Assembly: GCF_018350175.1 (NCBI RefSeq)
Contig: NC_058369.1
Location: 18,848,001-18,912,000, forward strand
Direction of reading: 5' to 3'
Origin: Felis catus
Taxonomy: Eukaryota
Length of the DNA: 64,000 nucleotides
The position numbers and the translations under genes are program-made. Positions 34,890 through 49,500 of this stretch are shown in pieces. The first letter of the stretch is position 1, and every line of letters begins with the position of its first letter. Below the pieces are notes generated by a model, which was given only the letters and a program-made list of their open reading frames with translations, ran no database searches and was not told where the DNA came from.

Positions 34890-35920
34890 TTCATTTGAAT
34901 TTTTATTTTGAAATAATTATAGACTCCAAGGAAGTTGCAAAAAACGTAGAGGTCCTGTGTACCCCTCACCCACGATGTGTCCTTCTGCCTTCTTTAGGAA
35001 CCAGGGGCCAGTTCTCCAGACGACAGACCACAGTTTCCCACAAAACTGCACAGTAGCTAAACCAGATGTGGTCATCAGTTCTTTTTTTTTTTTTAATGTT
35101 TATTCATTTTTGAGAAAGAGAGAGAGTGTGAGAGGGGAAGGTGAAGAGAGAGAGGGGGACAGAGGATCCAAAGTGGGCTCCGAGCTGTCAGCACAGAGCC
35201 TGATACAGGGCTCAAATTCATAAACCATGAGATCATGACCTGAGCCGAAGCAGGACGCTCAACCAACTGACCCACCCAGGCGCCCCATAAGTTCATTTTT
35301 TAAACTGAGGTAACATTCATATAATGTTAAAATAACCATTGTAAAGTGGCATTTAGTGTACTCACGATGTTGTACAGCCACCACCTCTCTCTAGTTTCAA
35401 AACTTTTTATTAAAAAAAAAATTTTTTTTAATCTTTATTTATTTTTGAGAGAGACAGAGTCAGAGCAGGGGAGGAACAGAGAGAGAGGGAGACACAGAAT
35501 CCTAAGCAGGCTTCAGGCTCTGAGCTGTCAGCACAGAGCTGGACGCAGGGCTCGAACTCACAAACTGTGAGATCACCATCTGAGCCGAAGTCAGACGCTT
35601 AACCAACTGAGCCACCCAGGCACCCTGCAAAACTTTTTCACAACCCACTGAAGAACACCCCCCACCACATTAAATAATCACTACTTATCCCCTACCCCAA
35701 TCCCCTGGCAAACACTTAGATTCTTTTTGTCTCTAGGGATTTGCATATTCTGGATATTTCTGAAAGGAATCATACAAAATGTGACCTTTGATATCTGCTT
35801 TCACTTAGTGTATTTTTGAGGTTCATCCAGACTGTAGCATGTATTGGTACTTCATTCCTTTTTTTTTTTTTTTAATTTATTTATTTTTGAGAGAGAGACA
35901 GAGAGAACGAGTCAGGGAAG

Positions 35921-35954
<34 letters not shown>

Positions 35955-38900
35955 CCCAAACAGGCTCCACATTGTCAGCACAGAGCCCAACACAGGTGCT
36001 GAACCCACAAACCGTGAGATCATGACCTGAGCCATAAACCAAGAGTCAGATGCTCAACCAACTGAGCCACCCAGNNNNNNNNNNNNNNNNNNNNNNNNNN
36101 NNNNNNNNNNNNNNNNNNNNNNNNNNNNNNNNNNNNNNNNNNNNNNNNNNNNNNNNNNNNNNNNNNNNNNNNNNNNNNNNNNNNNNNNNNNNNNNNNNNN
36201 NNAGGCTGCTATGATCATTCTTGAAAATGTATTTGAGTATTTGTTTTCAATTCTTTGGGGAAATACCTAGGAGTAGAATTGCTGGGTTGTACAGTAATGC
36301 TTACTTTTTTTGAGAGACCAACAGCTGTTTTCCACCAGCAGCGTACAAAATTCCTATTTCTCCACATTGTACTCAACGCTGGTTTTTCCTTTAAAAAAAA
36401 AAACCTTATACCTGGACTGCCTGGGTGGCTTAGTTGGTTAAGTGTCCGACTTCAACTCAGGTCATGATCTCACTACTCATGGATTCAAGCCCTGAGTTGG
36501 GCTCTGCACTGCCAGTGCAGAGCCTGCTTGGGATTCTCTCTCTTCCTCTTCCTCTCTCTCTCTCTCAAAATAAGTAAACTTAAAAAAAAAAAAAAACATA
36601 CCCATCATAATGAATATGAAGTAGTATGCAATTTTCTTTTCACTCAGTAAGCATTTACTGAGTGTGTCATATGTACTAGGTATAGAAATTAGGGCTAGAG
36701 TGTCTTTTTGTGACTGGTTTATTTCACTTAGCAACTATCTCCAAGGTCCATCCATATTGTAACATATTACAGAATTTCCTTCCTTTTTAAGGCCACATAA
36801 CAGTCCTTACATGTATATACATTTCGCTTATCCATTCATTAATGGATGGCTATTGGGTGGCTTCCATTTTTGGGCTATTGTGAATATTGGTGNNNNNNNN
36901 NNNNNNNNNNNNNNNNNNNNNNNNNNNNNNNNNNNNNNNNNNNNNNNNNNNNNNNNNNNNNNNNNNNNNNNNNNNNNNNNNNNNNNNNNNNNNNNNNNNN
37001 NNNNNNNNNNNNNNNNNNNNNNNNNNNNNNNNGTGGATGTACCATTTTACATTCCCACCAACAGTACACAAGGGTTCCTATTTGTCCAAATCCTCCCTAG
37101 CCCTTGTTTTGTTTTTTAGATAGTAGCCATCCCAGTGGGTGTGAGGTGGTATCTCATGGTAGTTTTGATTTGCACTTCCCCAATGATTTATGGTACTGAG
37201 CATCTTTAATTAAAAAAAAAAAAAAAAAAAAACACCTTTTTTTACAGTTTACTTATTTTGGGGGAGGGGGAGGAGAGGAAGAGAGAAAGGGAGAGAGAGA
37301 AGCCCAAGCAGGCTCTGTGCTGACAGCACAGAGCCCAATGTGGGGCTTGATCCCACAAACTGAGAGATCATGACCTGGGCTGATATCAAGAGTTGGATGC
37401 TTAACTGACTGAGCCACCCAAGCGCCCTGATATTGAGCACCTTTTAATGGGCTTATTGGCCACTCAGATATGTTCTTTGGAGAAATGTATGTTCAAGTCT
37501 TTTGTCTATTTTTGAATTGGATTTTTGTTGTTGAGTTTTAGAAGTTCTCTACGTATTCTGGATATTATCCCTCATCAGATATATGGCTTGAAAATACTTT
37601 CTCCCTTCTGTGGTTGCCTTTTTACTATGCAGATAGTGTCTTTTGGTGTGAGTCTTTAAGTTTTATTTTTTTTAAATGTTTGTTTGGTGTGTGTGTGTGC
37701 AGGCTCCACGCTGGGAGCTGGGCTCTATCTCACAAATTGTTATATCACGACCTGAGCTGAAGTCACAAATTGGGACACTTAACCCACTGAGCCACCCAGG
37801 CATCCCAGTCTTTTTTAAAATGTTTTGTAGAAACACCAGTGAAGCTATGTGGTCCTGGGCTTTTCTTTCTTTTAAGACTTATTTATTTTGAGAGAGAGAG
37901 AGAGAGAGAGAGAAGGTGTGAGTGGAAGAAGGGCAGAGGGAGAGAATCTTTTTTTAAATTTTTTTTTAATGTTTATTTTTGAGACAGAGAGAGACAGAGA
38001 GTGAATGGGGGAGGGTCAGAGAGAGAGGGAGACACAGAATCTGAAGCAGGCTCCAGGCTCCGAGCTGTCAGCACAGAGCCTGATGCGGGGCTCGAACTCA
38101 CAGACCATGAGATCATGACCTGAGCCGGTCAGACACTTAACCGACTAAGCCACCCAGGCACCCCGGAAGAGAATCTTAAGCAAGCTCCATGCTCAGTGCA
38201 GAGCCTTATGTGGGGCTCCATCCTACAACCCTGGGATCATGACCTGAGCCGAAATCAGGAGCTCAACACTCAACCAACTGAGCCAACCAGGCACCCTGGG
38301 AGTTTTTTGAATACTGATTCAATCCCCTTACTAGTTGTAGGTCTATTCATGTTTTCTTTCTCTTCTTTGAGTCAGTCAGTGTTGTTGGTTTCTGTGTTTC
38401 TAGAAATTTGTACATTTTTTTTTAACATTTTTTATTTATTTTTGGGACAGAGAGAGACAGAGCATGAACGGGGGAGGGGCAGAGAGAGAGGGAGACACAG
38501 AATCAGAGACAGGTTCCAGGCTCCGAGCCATCAGCCCAGAGCCTGACGCGGGGCTCGAACTCACGGACCGCGAGATTGTGACCTGGCTGAAGTCAGACGC
38601 TTAACCGACTGCGCCACCCAGGCGCCCCGAAATTTGTACATTTTAATTAGGCTATCCAATTTGTTGGTGTACAATTGTTCACAATCCTTTCTATTTCTGT
38701 AAAATTGGTAACAACGTCCCCATTTTCATTTCTGATTTTAATAATTTGTCTTTTTTCTCTTAGTCAATTTAAAGTTTGCCAATGTTGTTGGCCTTTTCAG
38801 AGAAGCAGCTCTTGGTTTTCTCTATGTTTTTTAGGATTCTGACACCAATTCCAATGTGTGTATTTATTCCACACCACCAAGCAGTTCTCCAACATTAACT

Positions 38901-39260
38901 GGGAGTCTGACAATTCAACTCAATTCTGAAACTACCTGGAGACAGCATCAGATCCACTGCCTGCCTTGAAATCAGCCAGCCGCTTTTGGGGAGCTGCTAT
39001 CCCCATAACCCTGAGGAATGGGGGATGGTGGCTGGTTCAAGCCCCACTCTTCCTTCATCAAGTACTTTCCTTGTTGTCTGATCGGATACCAGAGTTCTGA
39101 AATAGTTGCTTAATGGTTACCATTTTCTCCTCACTCTAGCCCCTGGCAACTTATATTATATTCTACTTCGGTCTCTACGAATTTGTCTATTCTAGATACC
39201 TCATTTGAGTGGAATCATACAATATTTGTCTTTTGTGTCTGACTTATTTCCCTCAGGGGT
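34890..39260. mobile_element. Intergenic block of minus-strand L1 fragments with about 9 Can-SINEs (mostly minus) and a MER21-like LTR piece (~38838-38960)
   Basis: SINEs at ~35082-35286, 35420-35625, 35858-36074, 36412-36596 (+), 37235-37428, 37660-37806, 37870-38300 (nested pair) and 38415-38628, with L1 motifs between them. Confidence 0.75.
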
Positions 39261-40044
39261 CATAAGTTCCTAACCTGTAACGCTGACTCATTAGGTTCCC
39301 ACAACTGGGAGTTTAGTGCTATTGTCCCTACTTTAAAGAAGTTGGACACAGAAAGGCTGGGTAATTTGCCTAAGATCACTCAGCTGATAAGGAGCACTAT
39401 TGGTCAGCCGCTGGCTGCACCCTTAACTTGGTGCTGCACTTCCCCTCACCAAACCTCCTTGGTTCAAGGCAGCAGCAAAGGGGTCCAGATCCCGTAACCA
39501 AGAGCATTACTTCCTCCCTGTGAGGCTCACTCCTCCAGATGTACTGGGGGCAGCTGGGCATGCTCAGCCTGAAGCATGAGGGCACTCACCCTCATTCTCT
39601 GTGCCAGGCCCATGGTGGGCCCTGCAGAGGCAGATGAACTCCCATGCAGTAGTCAGAGAGGGAAGTTTAGGAGGCCTCACCCAAGCTAGAGGTCAAGAAA
39701 GGAAGTCTTCTAGGAGAAAGTGCTCTTGAAGTTAAGACCCAAAGGTCGCTGATTATTTGTCTTGCTTGCTGTGAGCCCCCTGTATGGCTATACCTGTTTA
39801 CCCATTTGCTTTCCTGCCTATGGCATTTGGGCTGTGCCTAGGCTAGAGGCTGTGAACAAAACTGCAGTGATAGCATTCCTGCTGGAGTCTCCCTGTGTCC
39901 TATGAGGGGACACATGCCTAAGGATAGGATTTCTCAGTGTGAGCCGAGGTGAAGGTCCCACTTTAGAAACTTATGCAAAATGGTTTTCTAAAATGTTGGT
40001 GCAAATTTACACTCCCAGAGCCAGGAAGAAAGTATTCTATCTTT

Positions 40045-40050
40045 TTTATT
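40045..40050 (-). terminator. TRAIP poly(A) signal AATAAA
   Basis: tttatt on + strand about 490 nt downstream of the TRAIP stop. Confidence 0.7.
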
Positions 40051-40535
40051 TTACATAGAAATCTTCCCCCCATCCTCTCCCACCACCATCCCCTCGTTCC
40101 CCACCCTGCTTGGCTCCGGCCATGCCTAGCAGCAAGTCAGAAGCTGGCAGAAGCATGGGCAGGCTGAAATTGCCTGAGAAGCCTCGAGCACTTTGGTCCA
40201 TACAGTCAACAAAAGACCTGGAGAACCAGAAGCAGCCCGGCTACATCTGGCTATACACAAGAGCCTTTAACAGACAGCAGGTCCTGCTGGTCTCACATCG
40301 GCAACCACATGTAGGCCCAGTACGGTAGACCCAGTATGGTGGGGGTGGGCAGGGTAAGTTCAGGAAAAGCACAGTTCCTGGGCCTCACCCTCATCCCCAT
40401 CTTTTCATCTACCCTTGCCCTCAGGGCTGGTCCCGGAGGAGGGGCCGTGCCCCCAAAACCTCCTGCTGAGCCAGTCCAGGCCTATAAGTTGGAGGCGTAT
40501 ATCTGGCCACTGATCAGACTCACTCACTGTTCTCA

Positions 40536-43500
40536 CTACCACAAGAAGGTGTCCAGTTTGGCCTGGGAGGGAGGGAGCACTGTCCTTGTCTTGACTCTCT
40601 GCTTAGCCTTGGGCTTGGGCTTAACAGGCAGTGGGCGGATCATAGTTGTGTCAGTCTGAAGAAGATGTCAAGGAAGAGGCCTAAAGAAGAGACTGAATGC
40701 AGGGCAGCAAAGGCTCAGACTTGGAGGGGGGAAGCTCTGCTATACTGAGCGAGGTCAGGCTCTGCACACCTGAGGCTGCAGCCACTGCCAGGCTAGGGTC
40801 TGAGGGTACAGGTGAGGGATGGTGTGGGTAGCTCAGCTCAGCCCAGTGCCACAGAACAAGGATACAGGTTGGATGAATTTTGTCCGACCTCCAAGACCAT
40901 CGAAGCCAGTCCTTACCTAAGGCGGAAGGAAGAAGTGAGTGGGCCAGGTTAAGAAGCTAGGAAGCTGGCCCCCCACTGTCCCCCTCCCCCCCCCCCAGAG
41001 GGCTGGCATTTGCCACTTGTGGGAAGCCATACTCACGGCATCTGTGCTGCGACGGGGCTCTGCTTTGGCCCTCTTGGGCTGTTTCTGGCCTAGGACAGCA
41101 TTCCGGATGAAGACAGGAAAGGCACTAGCCAGCTCCTCATCTGGCTCTCCCATACAGCGCTGGCCGCCCAGCGAGAGCTGGGACTCCTGGGGTGGGGGAG
41201 TCCCCAAAGGCAGACTTGACGAGAGAGATGGCAGCAAAGGAGGGGGCGGGTAGGAGTGGTGGAGCAGGACCAGGATCTCTGATGCTTCACCAGGAGGCAG
41301 ATAGGATAATGAATAGAGTTCCCAGGGTGGCTCCATAGTGTCTTAGCGCCAGGCCAGGAGTCAGAGGCCTCTGGCAACACCCTGCCCTTTCAGAAGTCCC
41401 GCTTTACACTCAGTTCTGGCAAGGGTTGGATGGTGACTGCCTGACTTCTTCAGGGAAACCTTACCTGCTTGGGGTCATTGGGCATCTTCTTGGGGATGTC
41501 CTGAACAGGAGAGCTGTGAGAGCAAGACACAAAGACAAGAGGCAGGTGAGCAAGATACAGGGCCTGGTGAGCCAGGCTCAGCACATGGCCCTTGGGGAAC
41601 CACCATGTGGCATTGCTGCTGTAATAGCTGTGCTGGGCAAGGCACCTCAGTGAGCCCCACCCCAAGTGCAGGTCTGTGAACAGCTGCCAGAGTGGAGGAG
41701 GAATGGGAAGTTGGACCATTTTTCAATTTTGTGGCTTCCACTCGGGGCCAAGCCAATTCCAATCCTCCCCAAGGCCTCAAATGCCTCACTATGTCCTGGG
41801 TTCTATGTGTGGCTGGAGGCCCAGCTGATTCACCAACCACAGGGGGAAAGCCAGTCATGTTCTGATATAGGCAGAGGGCACCTCGTGATCTCAGACTTAG
41901 CCTTGTCTGCCCAGAGAGGGGCTACCATCTCCACAATAACCTCAGTAGATAGTCTATCAAGTACTCTCACAACACAGGGCTAGGCCATCTTCTTAGGTAA
42001 TCTGTGCAGGCACAGTCTGGGGTATAATGAATTATGGCCCCAAGCCCCGGCCCTTCACTCATAGCTCCAGAGCTAGACACAGTGTTTCCACCCAATCCCT
42101 GGGGACACTAACAGCTGAATACCCTCTCCTGGTATTTTCCCAGAGGGGGTAGCAGGAGGGTGACCTAAAGGCTGACCCTGTGGTTTCTCATAGCCATGAG
42201 GACAAGGGGAGGGTCAGTCTTGTCAACTCTGGATCCCTTCATTCCTGTCCCTATAGCCTGTGGTGAGGCTACATGAAAGCCATGGGAAGATTCTCCACTT
42301 GCTGCAAGTTTGGCTCTGGGGAGGCTGATCCAGGGGGGAAGCATCCTGGATTCCCTCACACTCACTGCAGGCCCTCAAGATGATAAAAATGTCTCTAAAA
42401 GGCCTGGCAGTCTGCAGGCCCCAGGTGTCCACTTTCACCCTTTACAGCTAGAGAAAAGACAACATGAAGAAGCCAGGGTGTGCAGCAGGCACTAACAGGC
42501 CCTGTGACTACAGCCCACATGCCCAAGGCTTGCTTCCCACTGCTACCAGGCCCGGCCCTGTACAGCACGGGTACCTCCACCCCTGAGGGTGGGGAGAGGT
42601 GAAGAGCTCAGCTGGCTCTCCCTTTGGCTCTCTCCCTGGGCCTCTTCCATTTTCACTGCCTAACACCTCAATTTCTTTCTCTCACGTCCAAAGGTTTTGA
42701 TTGGGAGGAAACCACTCAGCCCTTGACCCCCTCACCTGAGTAGCATATACCTACATGTACGTAGGGGAGTAGTTCTTGTCTTCCTGATGGACTATACTTG
42801 CCCTGTGTGGCCAAGGAGACAACCTCCCCATTCCCAGTCCCACTGGGTCCCTTGTGCAGGTCCTGCCCATCCCACTACAGCTCCCCACAGCTTCTCAAGC
42901 CTGCCCTTGTGGGCTACCCCCTTAGATGATGGGGCCCTGGGCACCATGATCTGAGATGGTCCTCAAGCATGAGCCCAAGAGGCACACAATGGAAGAAGAA
43001 CTTCAGAGTCTCTGGCTCAGGACTCTGGTGGGCAGGCATTCAAGATATGGGGAGTACACACATACCCCAACACCATCAACCTAGACCTGCCCCTACTGGG
43101 ACCCCTGTGTTCTCTCCAACTCACATCCCAACACCTTTGCTTGAAGGGTGATAGTGATGACTGAAAGAAGCGAGAAGGGCTTTGCCCACAGTGAGTACTC
43201 GGGAAAGGGAAGAAGAGGTGGCTAGAACCAAAGTAATAGTCAACCCCAGGTGACCCTCACTGCCCTGTCAGCCACTCAGAGCAACTATGGCAGGGCCTAC
43301 AGAGACCTCTTGGTCATCCTGCCTCCAGGCTGTGGACATGGCCAGGCACTACCACTTACTGTGCTATCTCTTGGCAGAGCTTCTTGGCACGGCCCTGCTG
43401 GATGCTGGCAGGCTGGGCTGGAGGGGTGTCCACATCAAAGGTGGCATTGAGGTCAATATCATCACCAAAGGCTGGTCGGCGAAGCTTCAGGTTCAGCATT

Positions 43501-46500
43501 TCCAAAGGGGCTGGGCTATAAGCAGAGATGGCCTGGTTACTCTGGACCACCGCGGCAGTTCAGAAGGACAACAGTCTCTGCAGCATCAGAGATGGCTTGG
43601 TTCCAGGGGTCTGGAGCCCACACATGGCCCAGGGCCACCTTGCAAGGAAGCCTGAATCTCTACAGAAAAAAAACCACTTGGCTTAGTGCTTCACACCATA
43701 GTGGGACCAGTGAAAGTCTTCAAGACATGGAAGGAAGCAAGCAAAACCACACACAAAACCCAAGTGTACAAACAAAAGGTTACTGCCTTTTGACCAAACA
43801 GCCTCATCTCTCAGAATGCAGTACAAGGGGCCAGAGATGTGACCACAGATTGATGTAGATGGCATATAGCCCAATATTGGAAATGGTCAAAATGACTCTC
43901 CTAGGGAGCTGGCACTTTCATAGCTTGACTATGATACAGATATTATAGTAGTGTTTCTGGAAAGTAAACTAAGTAACATGGGGAAATGCTCACATGTTGC
44001 ATTTATAAAGTAATATGAGGGGTACCTGTGTGGTTCAGTTTGTTGAACATCCAACTCTTGATTTTGGCTCAAGTCATGATCCTAGGGTATGGGATCAAGC
44101 CCCGTGTCAGGCTCTGTGCTGANNNNNNNNNNNNNNNNNNNNNNNNNNNNNNNNNNNNNNNNNNNNNNNNNNNNNNNNNNNNNNNNNNNNNNNNNNNNNN
44201 NNNNNNNNNNNNNNNNNNNNNNNNNNNNNNNNNNNNNNNNNNNNNNNNNNNNNNNNNNNNNNNNNNNNNNNNNNNNNNNNNNNNNNNNNNNNNNNNNNNT
44301 ATGCACTCTCTCTAAAAAAAAATAATAGTAATAAAATAATAAAAAGTAATATAGAACTCTGGGACACCTGGGTGGCTCAGTCAGTTAAGTGTTAAGTGAC
44401 TCTTGGTGTTGGCTCAGGTCATGGTCTCACAGTTCATGAGTTCGAACCCGACATCAGGCTCTGTGCTGACAGTGTGGAACCTACGTGGGATTCTGTCTCT
44501 CCCCTTCTCTCTCTCTGCCCCTCCCACGCTTGCTCTCTAAATAAATAAACTTTAAAAAAAGAGAGAGAGAGGGGCGCCTGGGTGGCTCAGTTGGTTGAGC
44601 GTCTGGCATCGGCTCAGGTCATGATCTCACAGCTCTGTGAGTTTGAGCCCCCAAAGGGCTCTGTGTTGATGGCTTGGAGCCTGGAGCCTGCTTCAGATTC
44701 TGTGTCTCCCTCTTTCTCTGCCCCTAACCCACTCACGTTCTGTCTCTGTCTCTCTCAAAAATAAATAAACATTAAAACAAATAAAAAAATAAAATAAAAT
44801 AAAAAAGAGAGAGAAAGAAAAAAAGAAAATTGCAGCCAATAGGATTTTTCTAGCCCATCCAGGCCTGGTGGCGTTCCCTAGCTCCTGTGGTCAGAAAACT
44901 CTGGGGAATGGCAGGGCAGCCCCAAGAACATCCCTATTTCCTTCCCTTAGGAAGGAACCTTTTCAGGGCTGCCCAAAGCCCTACGCCCATCGCTCAAGGA
45001 CAAGGAGATGCACTGTGAGGGTATTAGTCACTGGCCAGGAGCCCAATGGGGCATGCAGATTGGAGAAAAGGGAATTACCTACACTGATTTGGATGGGTAA
45101 GCAATGTGGGAAGATTAGACTCTCTCTTCCTTTCCCTGGCCAGGTCCCTGAACGCTCTACCCTCTCTTGCCTGCAAGTGAAAACAAACGTTGCACAAATG
45201 CACCTCAAACCAACGCCATGCTGGTTGTTTTGCTTCCCCCACTGGGATCCACAGCATAAAGCAGCAGCCAGGAGCACTCATGACAACGTTTTTGTAGTAT
45301 CTGTTATTCTGCCAATATCTACCAACCCCAGCAAGTCCTCTGCTACTGTCTACCACCCCAGAGGGTCAATAAACCTCATCACACCCTGCTCTCCGCAGCC
45401 ATGCGACAACCCCCTGCCAGCCCGAGCTGCATGCCCTGGTGGCTCCTGCGTGCCTCATCCCTGAGCCAGGGCTCACCCCTCACTGAAGCTTCTAGATACA
45501 AATGGCACAAGCGCCACTTTTCTTGCCATGGGATTTGGCCTGTCATAGTATGTGGTCAGGGGGTTTTGGGGCTTAGCCATCTAAGCCCCCAGCTTGCCTA
45601 TCCCACCAGAACACAAGCTCCAAGAGAACCAAGAGGGCCATACATGCAGCATGCACTCAGTAAGAACCTGTTATGGAAGTTTAGGCCTCACTCCAGCCTG
45701 GACTGGTAAAGAAAGTAAGCAAAAGCAAGTATGCAAAGTCTCTGGGAGCCTGGAGGCGTGCCTCACTGTGGATGCTGGATACAGAGGACAAGCATGTGGA
45801 AACACCCTGAGGACCATCAAATGGGAAGTGTAGGGAGCACCGTGGAGCTTGTAGATAGCAGCCTTGAGTGATATCCTAGCAAAAGAATTTTTACTTCCTG
45901 CTGAGAAAGCTTAAATTCTAAATGTTTGAACACATGAGATGGTCTTTGAGACTATCAGCTCCCTAACTGTCAAGCTTCTGACAGGGCCCTTGTGCTACCT
46001 GGGAGTCCAAGCTGGTATGGCCAATGGGCTCTGAGGGTGGAGTGCAGAGGAAGGACCAGACACACAGGCTAGTTCATCAAAATCAGCCACACACTGGACT
46101 TCACAGTCAGTCATGTGCCCATCACATCCCCACAGCCATTTCTCAGTCCAACCCAAGCTGGGGTGGGCAGGCAGCTCTGGCTCCATAAAGAGACATGGAA
46201 GGTCTGAGGTAAGAAAGAAAGCAAAGGTTGAAGAACTAAAGGTCCAATGAGAATGAGAAGCTGGCTTGTTGGCACTTACTCCTCCGTGCAGATGCTACGG
46301 TGTAGGGAAAAGATGGTGCATGTAAGGAGGTTGGTGGTGAGGGACACAGATTAAGATGTGGCTCCCAGTCTACTCATAGCTGGGTGTGTATGTATTGAGT
46401 GGTCCAGGCTCTAGCAAGACTCTAGAGCACCTCTGTGGCCCATGGCACCTGACACAACATCTACATAAATACTACCTGTGCAGAGGAGGATGAGCTTACT

Positions 46501-49500
46501 CCTGCTGAGGAGGCTAGGGAAGGCTCTGCAGGGCAACTGACCCATCAGTGTGGACAGGAGCTGACATACAGAAAGGCCCAGAAATGGGAAGGCAAGGGAT
46601 ATTCTGCTTGGTTTGACAGTATTATTTGGCTGAAGCCTAAAGATCTACTATAGCTCCCAGGCTGGCTCTAAGAGCGCGTTGGCATAGTGCAAGAAGGTCT
46701 GGGAGTGTTTGGTGGGGGAGGAATGATGTGATACCCAGGGGCTGATAAGCTGGGCAGACAAGAGGAGCAGGAAGACGGGTCACAATCCTTACATGGGGGT
46801 GGTGGTAAGGGGTAAGATCAGGAAGTACCCCGGAGGTTAAATGGGCAGACTCCAGCAACTCATCAGATATGGGGAAGGAGCATAATGATTTTCCAAAGGA
46901 CATTGAAAAGTGGCTCAAATACAAGGCTGGGCCGCTGGGTTACATGCTTTCTGTCTGGGCCATCAGCTGGGCAACTAGGTAGGACATCCCTGATGCTCTC
47001 ACCTAGTTGGCTTCTGTGAAACACCCAGAGAGGAATGGGCAGCCAGTCCTGGCAGGGACACCCATCCCCCTGCCTCTTGGCTCCCTCTGCTGGAAGCTTT
47101 AATGCACACATTCCTGAGACCATAGGGGAATTATTTTGGTGACTGGTTTCGTGTTTGTTTCAGAATCTGGGGTGGACAGATGCATTCAATAAGCATTCCA
47201 TAAACAGGATTCCTGAAGACAGTCCATGCTCCTTCCCCTTCCCCTTCCCTGCCCATCCCTAAGTCCCCTATGGCTTACCCTGGCCTCTCGTTAGAGCCCA
47301 GAACTTGCCTCAAAGCTGTTTTCCCACCAAATCTTGGCTGTGTCCCAGGGCAGGAGGCCCACAGCCTACAGACCCACATGGACCACCCACCCGACCAAAG
47401 CCAGGAGTAGTGAAGACCCTTACCAAAGAGTTCTTCCAGCTTATGACCACCCCAGAAGGTCAACAAACCTCTCTAAAACCAGGCGGTTGACAGTCTCACT
47501 GTCCACTGGTGGCAGGTTCAGGGTTTCCTGCAGCATCGTTAGCTTTTTTTTCAGGCTCTTGGGAAAGGAAAGAGAAGAGTGTGAAAGGGAGGCTGAGGCA
47601 GCAAGACTGGAGAGACTGCCAAGGACACGAGCAACATGCATCCTGGGAACAGACCAAGATCTGAACCCCAACATCAGGCTCAAGAGGCCAGAAATACCCA
47701 GCCTCAGAACCCCTCTCTGGGGAAGCCTCCCCTCTGGTGACCCTGGGGACATAGGTACAGGACAGGTGCTGTCTGTCCCCTACTGAGAAGGCCCAGGCTC
47801 CAAATCAGGGTCAAAGTGCATATCCTGACCCACTCTGACCCAGGAAGATAAAGGGAACCCACAACCACTGCCACTGACTGGGGCACAGGTTCCCAGGCTT
47901 TTGGAGCACACACAAAATACTCCTCATTCCCGTCTGGCCAGGGATGTCACTTACTGTGATTTCCTTGTCAGCACTCTGTAAGTCCTTCTGCGCTGACCTC
48001 AGCTCCAACCTTGTCTGGTCTAGCTCAGAGTAGACTGTCTGCAACTGTAAGAAAGTGTAGGGAGTAAAGGACAAGCCAACAGGTGGCCCTGTGCTCTGCC
48101 TCCACCTGCTGCTACCTAGTGCATGCTCATAGGAGCCCAGGGTCCAGAAGAGTCTGAGGACACAAGGAGAGACTCTGGCCTTGTGGGGCAGGGCTTTAAT
48201 CCGTCAATGTCCATCTGGAGCTGCCCAGGAACAAGGGCTTCGTTCTATGCCCAATAGTCCACCGATGCACTGGGCCCAGAAATAAAACAGCTGTGCTGAC
48301 TGAACCAGGTTCCAAGTAGGTTCCTCCTACTTTGGGCCTGGTACAAAAATAGGCCTCGGACACTGGCACCTTAGAGATCTGTGCTCTCCAGCCAGCTAAG
48401 AGGTGCCTAGGAACCAGGAAGAATAGAGGGGAGTGTAACCGTGCGCATACTGGGGGAGAGCCCTGTGTGAACTGCCGGCCTTGGTGGGCCAGCCACAGAG
48501 CCAGAGCCAGAGCCCAGTAAGGCCCAGTAACCAGTCTCTGTGAGTCACCCAATAGCCCCATGGAGTCCGTTGTGCCATCCAGCCCCATGGCTTTGCTCAG
48601 GAGACAGGAACGAGCATGACAAAAGGACAGCCACCTCTCCCCTCATCTTCTGCTCCCCACTGTTACCTTGCTTTTGGAAGAAAATAAGTCCTTCTTCAGT
48701 TTGTCAGCCAGCTCCCCTGAGGCCTTCCGTGCCTCTTTTAGATTCTCATACTCTCTACAAGGGGGCCAGGAAAAGAGATGTCAGAATAGGACATGCTGCT
48801 GGTCAGAATGAGCCACAGCACCAAGCAAACACAAAGCCCAGGCTGTCCCCTAGGCCGGTTCTCATTCCTACTCTGACACCTGAGTGCAACAGGGTAATGT
48901 TTTGGGGGGTCCTGCAAGGAGAGCTGGGGAGTCTCTATCCCCTGCCTGTCGTGCAGGCACCGGTGATTTGAGAGGATGCGCAGCAAGCCCTGCCCTCGTT
49001 AAGGTCTCACAAAGAGGCTCCCTACCCCATCTGGGTCTCACAGGAGATATCTGGGATCCCATGCCTGTCAGCCAAGTTGTCCTTTTCCCCCAGTCTCACC
49101 TCCATGATAGTAGAGAATCTGAGCCAAATTTCTGATGCAAATCAGGCAGAGTCAGTAAATGCTGACGGGAAATAGGCTCCATTTATCATGATGGGGTTTA
49201 TATAGCTCAGAGATTGGTGCCGACCCTCTTAGAAATAACACTTATAGGGGCGCCTGGGTGGCTCAGTTGGTTAGGCGTCCGACTTCGGCTCAGGTCATGA
49301 TCTTGCGGTCCGTGGGTTCGAGCCCCGCGTTGGGCTCTGTGCTGACCGCTCAGAGCCTGGAGCCTGTTTCGGATTCTGTGTCTCCCTCTCTCTCTGACCC
49401 TCCCCCATTCATGCTCTGTCTCTCTCTGTCTCAAAAATAAATAAACGTTAAGAAAATAAATAAATAAAAAGAAATAACACTTATAATTCACACTCATTCT

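Noticed and set aside
44868-45464. 198-aa + strand ORF in TRAIP intron 10
   Set aside because: GTG start, no homology I recognise and no retrocopy hallmarks.
49246-49330. tRNA-like A/B boxes (tggctcagttgg...ggttcgagccc)
   Set aside because: Heads of tRNA-derived SINEs followed by SINE body and tail, not tRNA genes.
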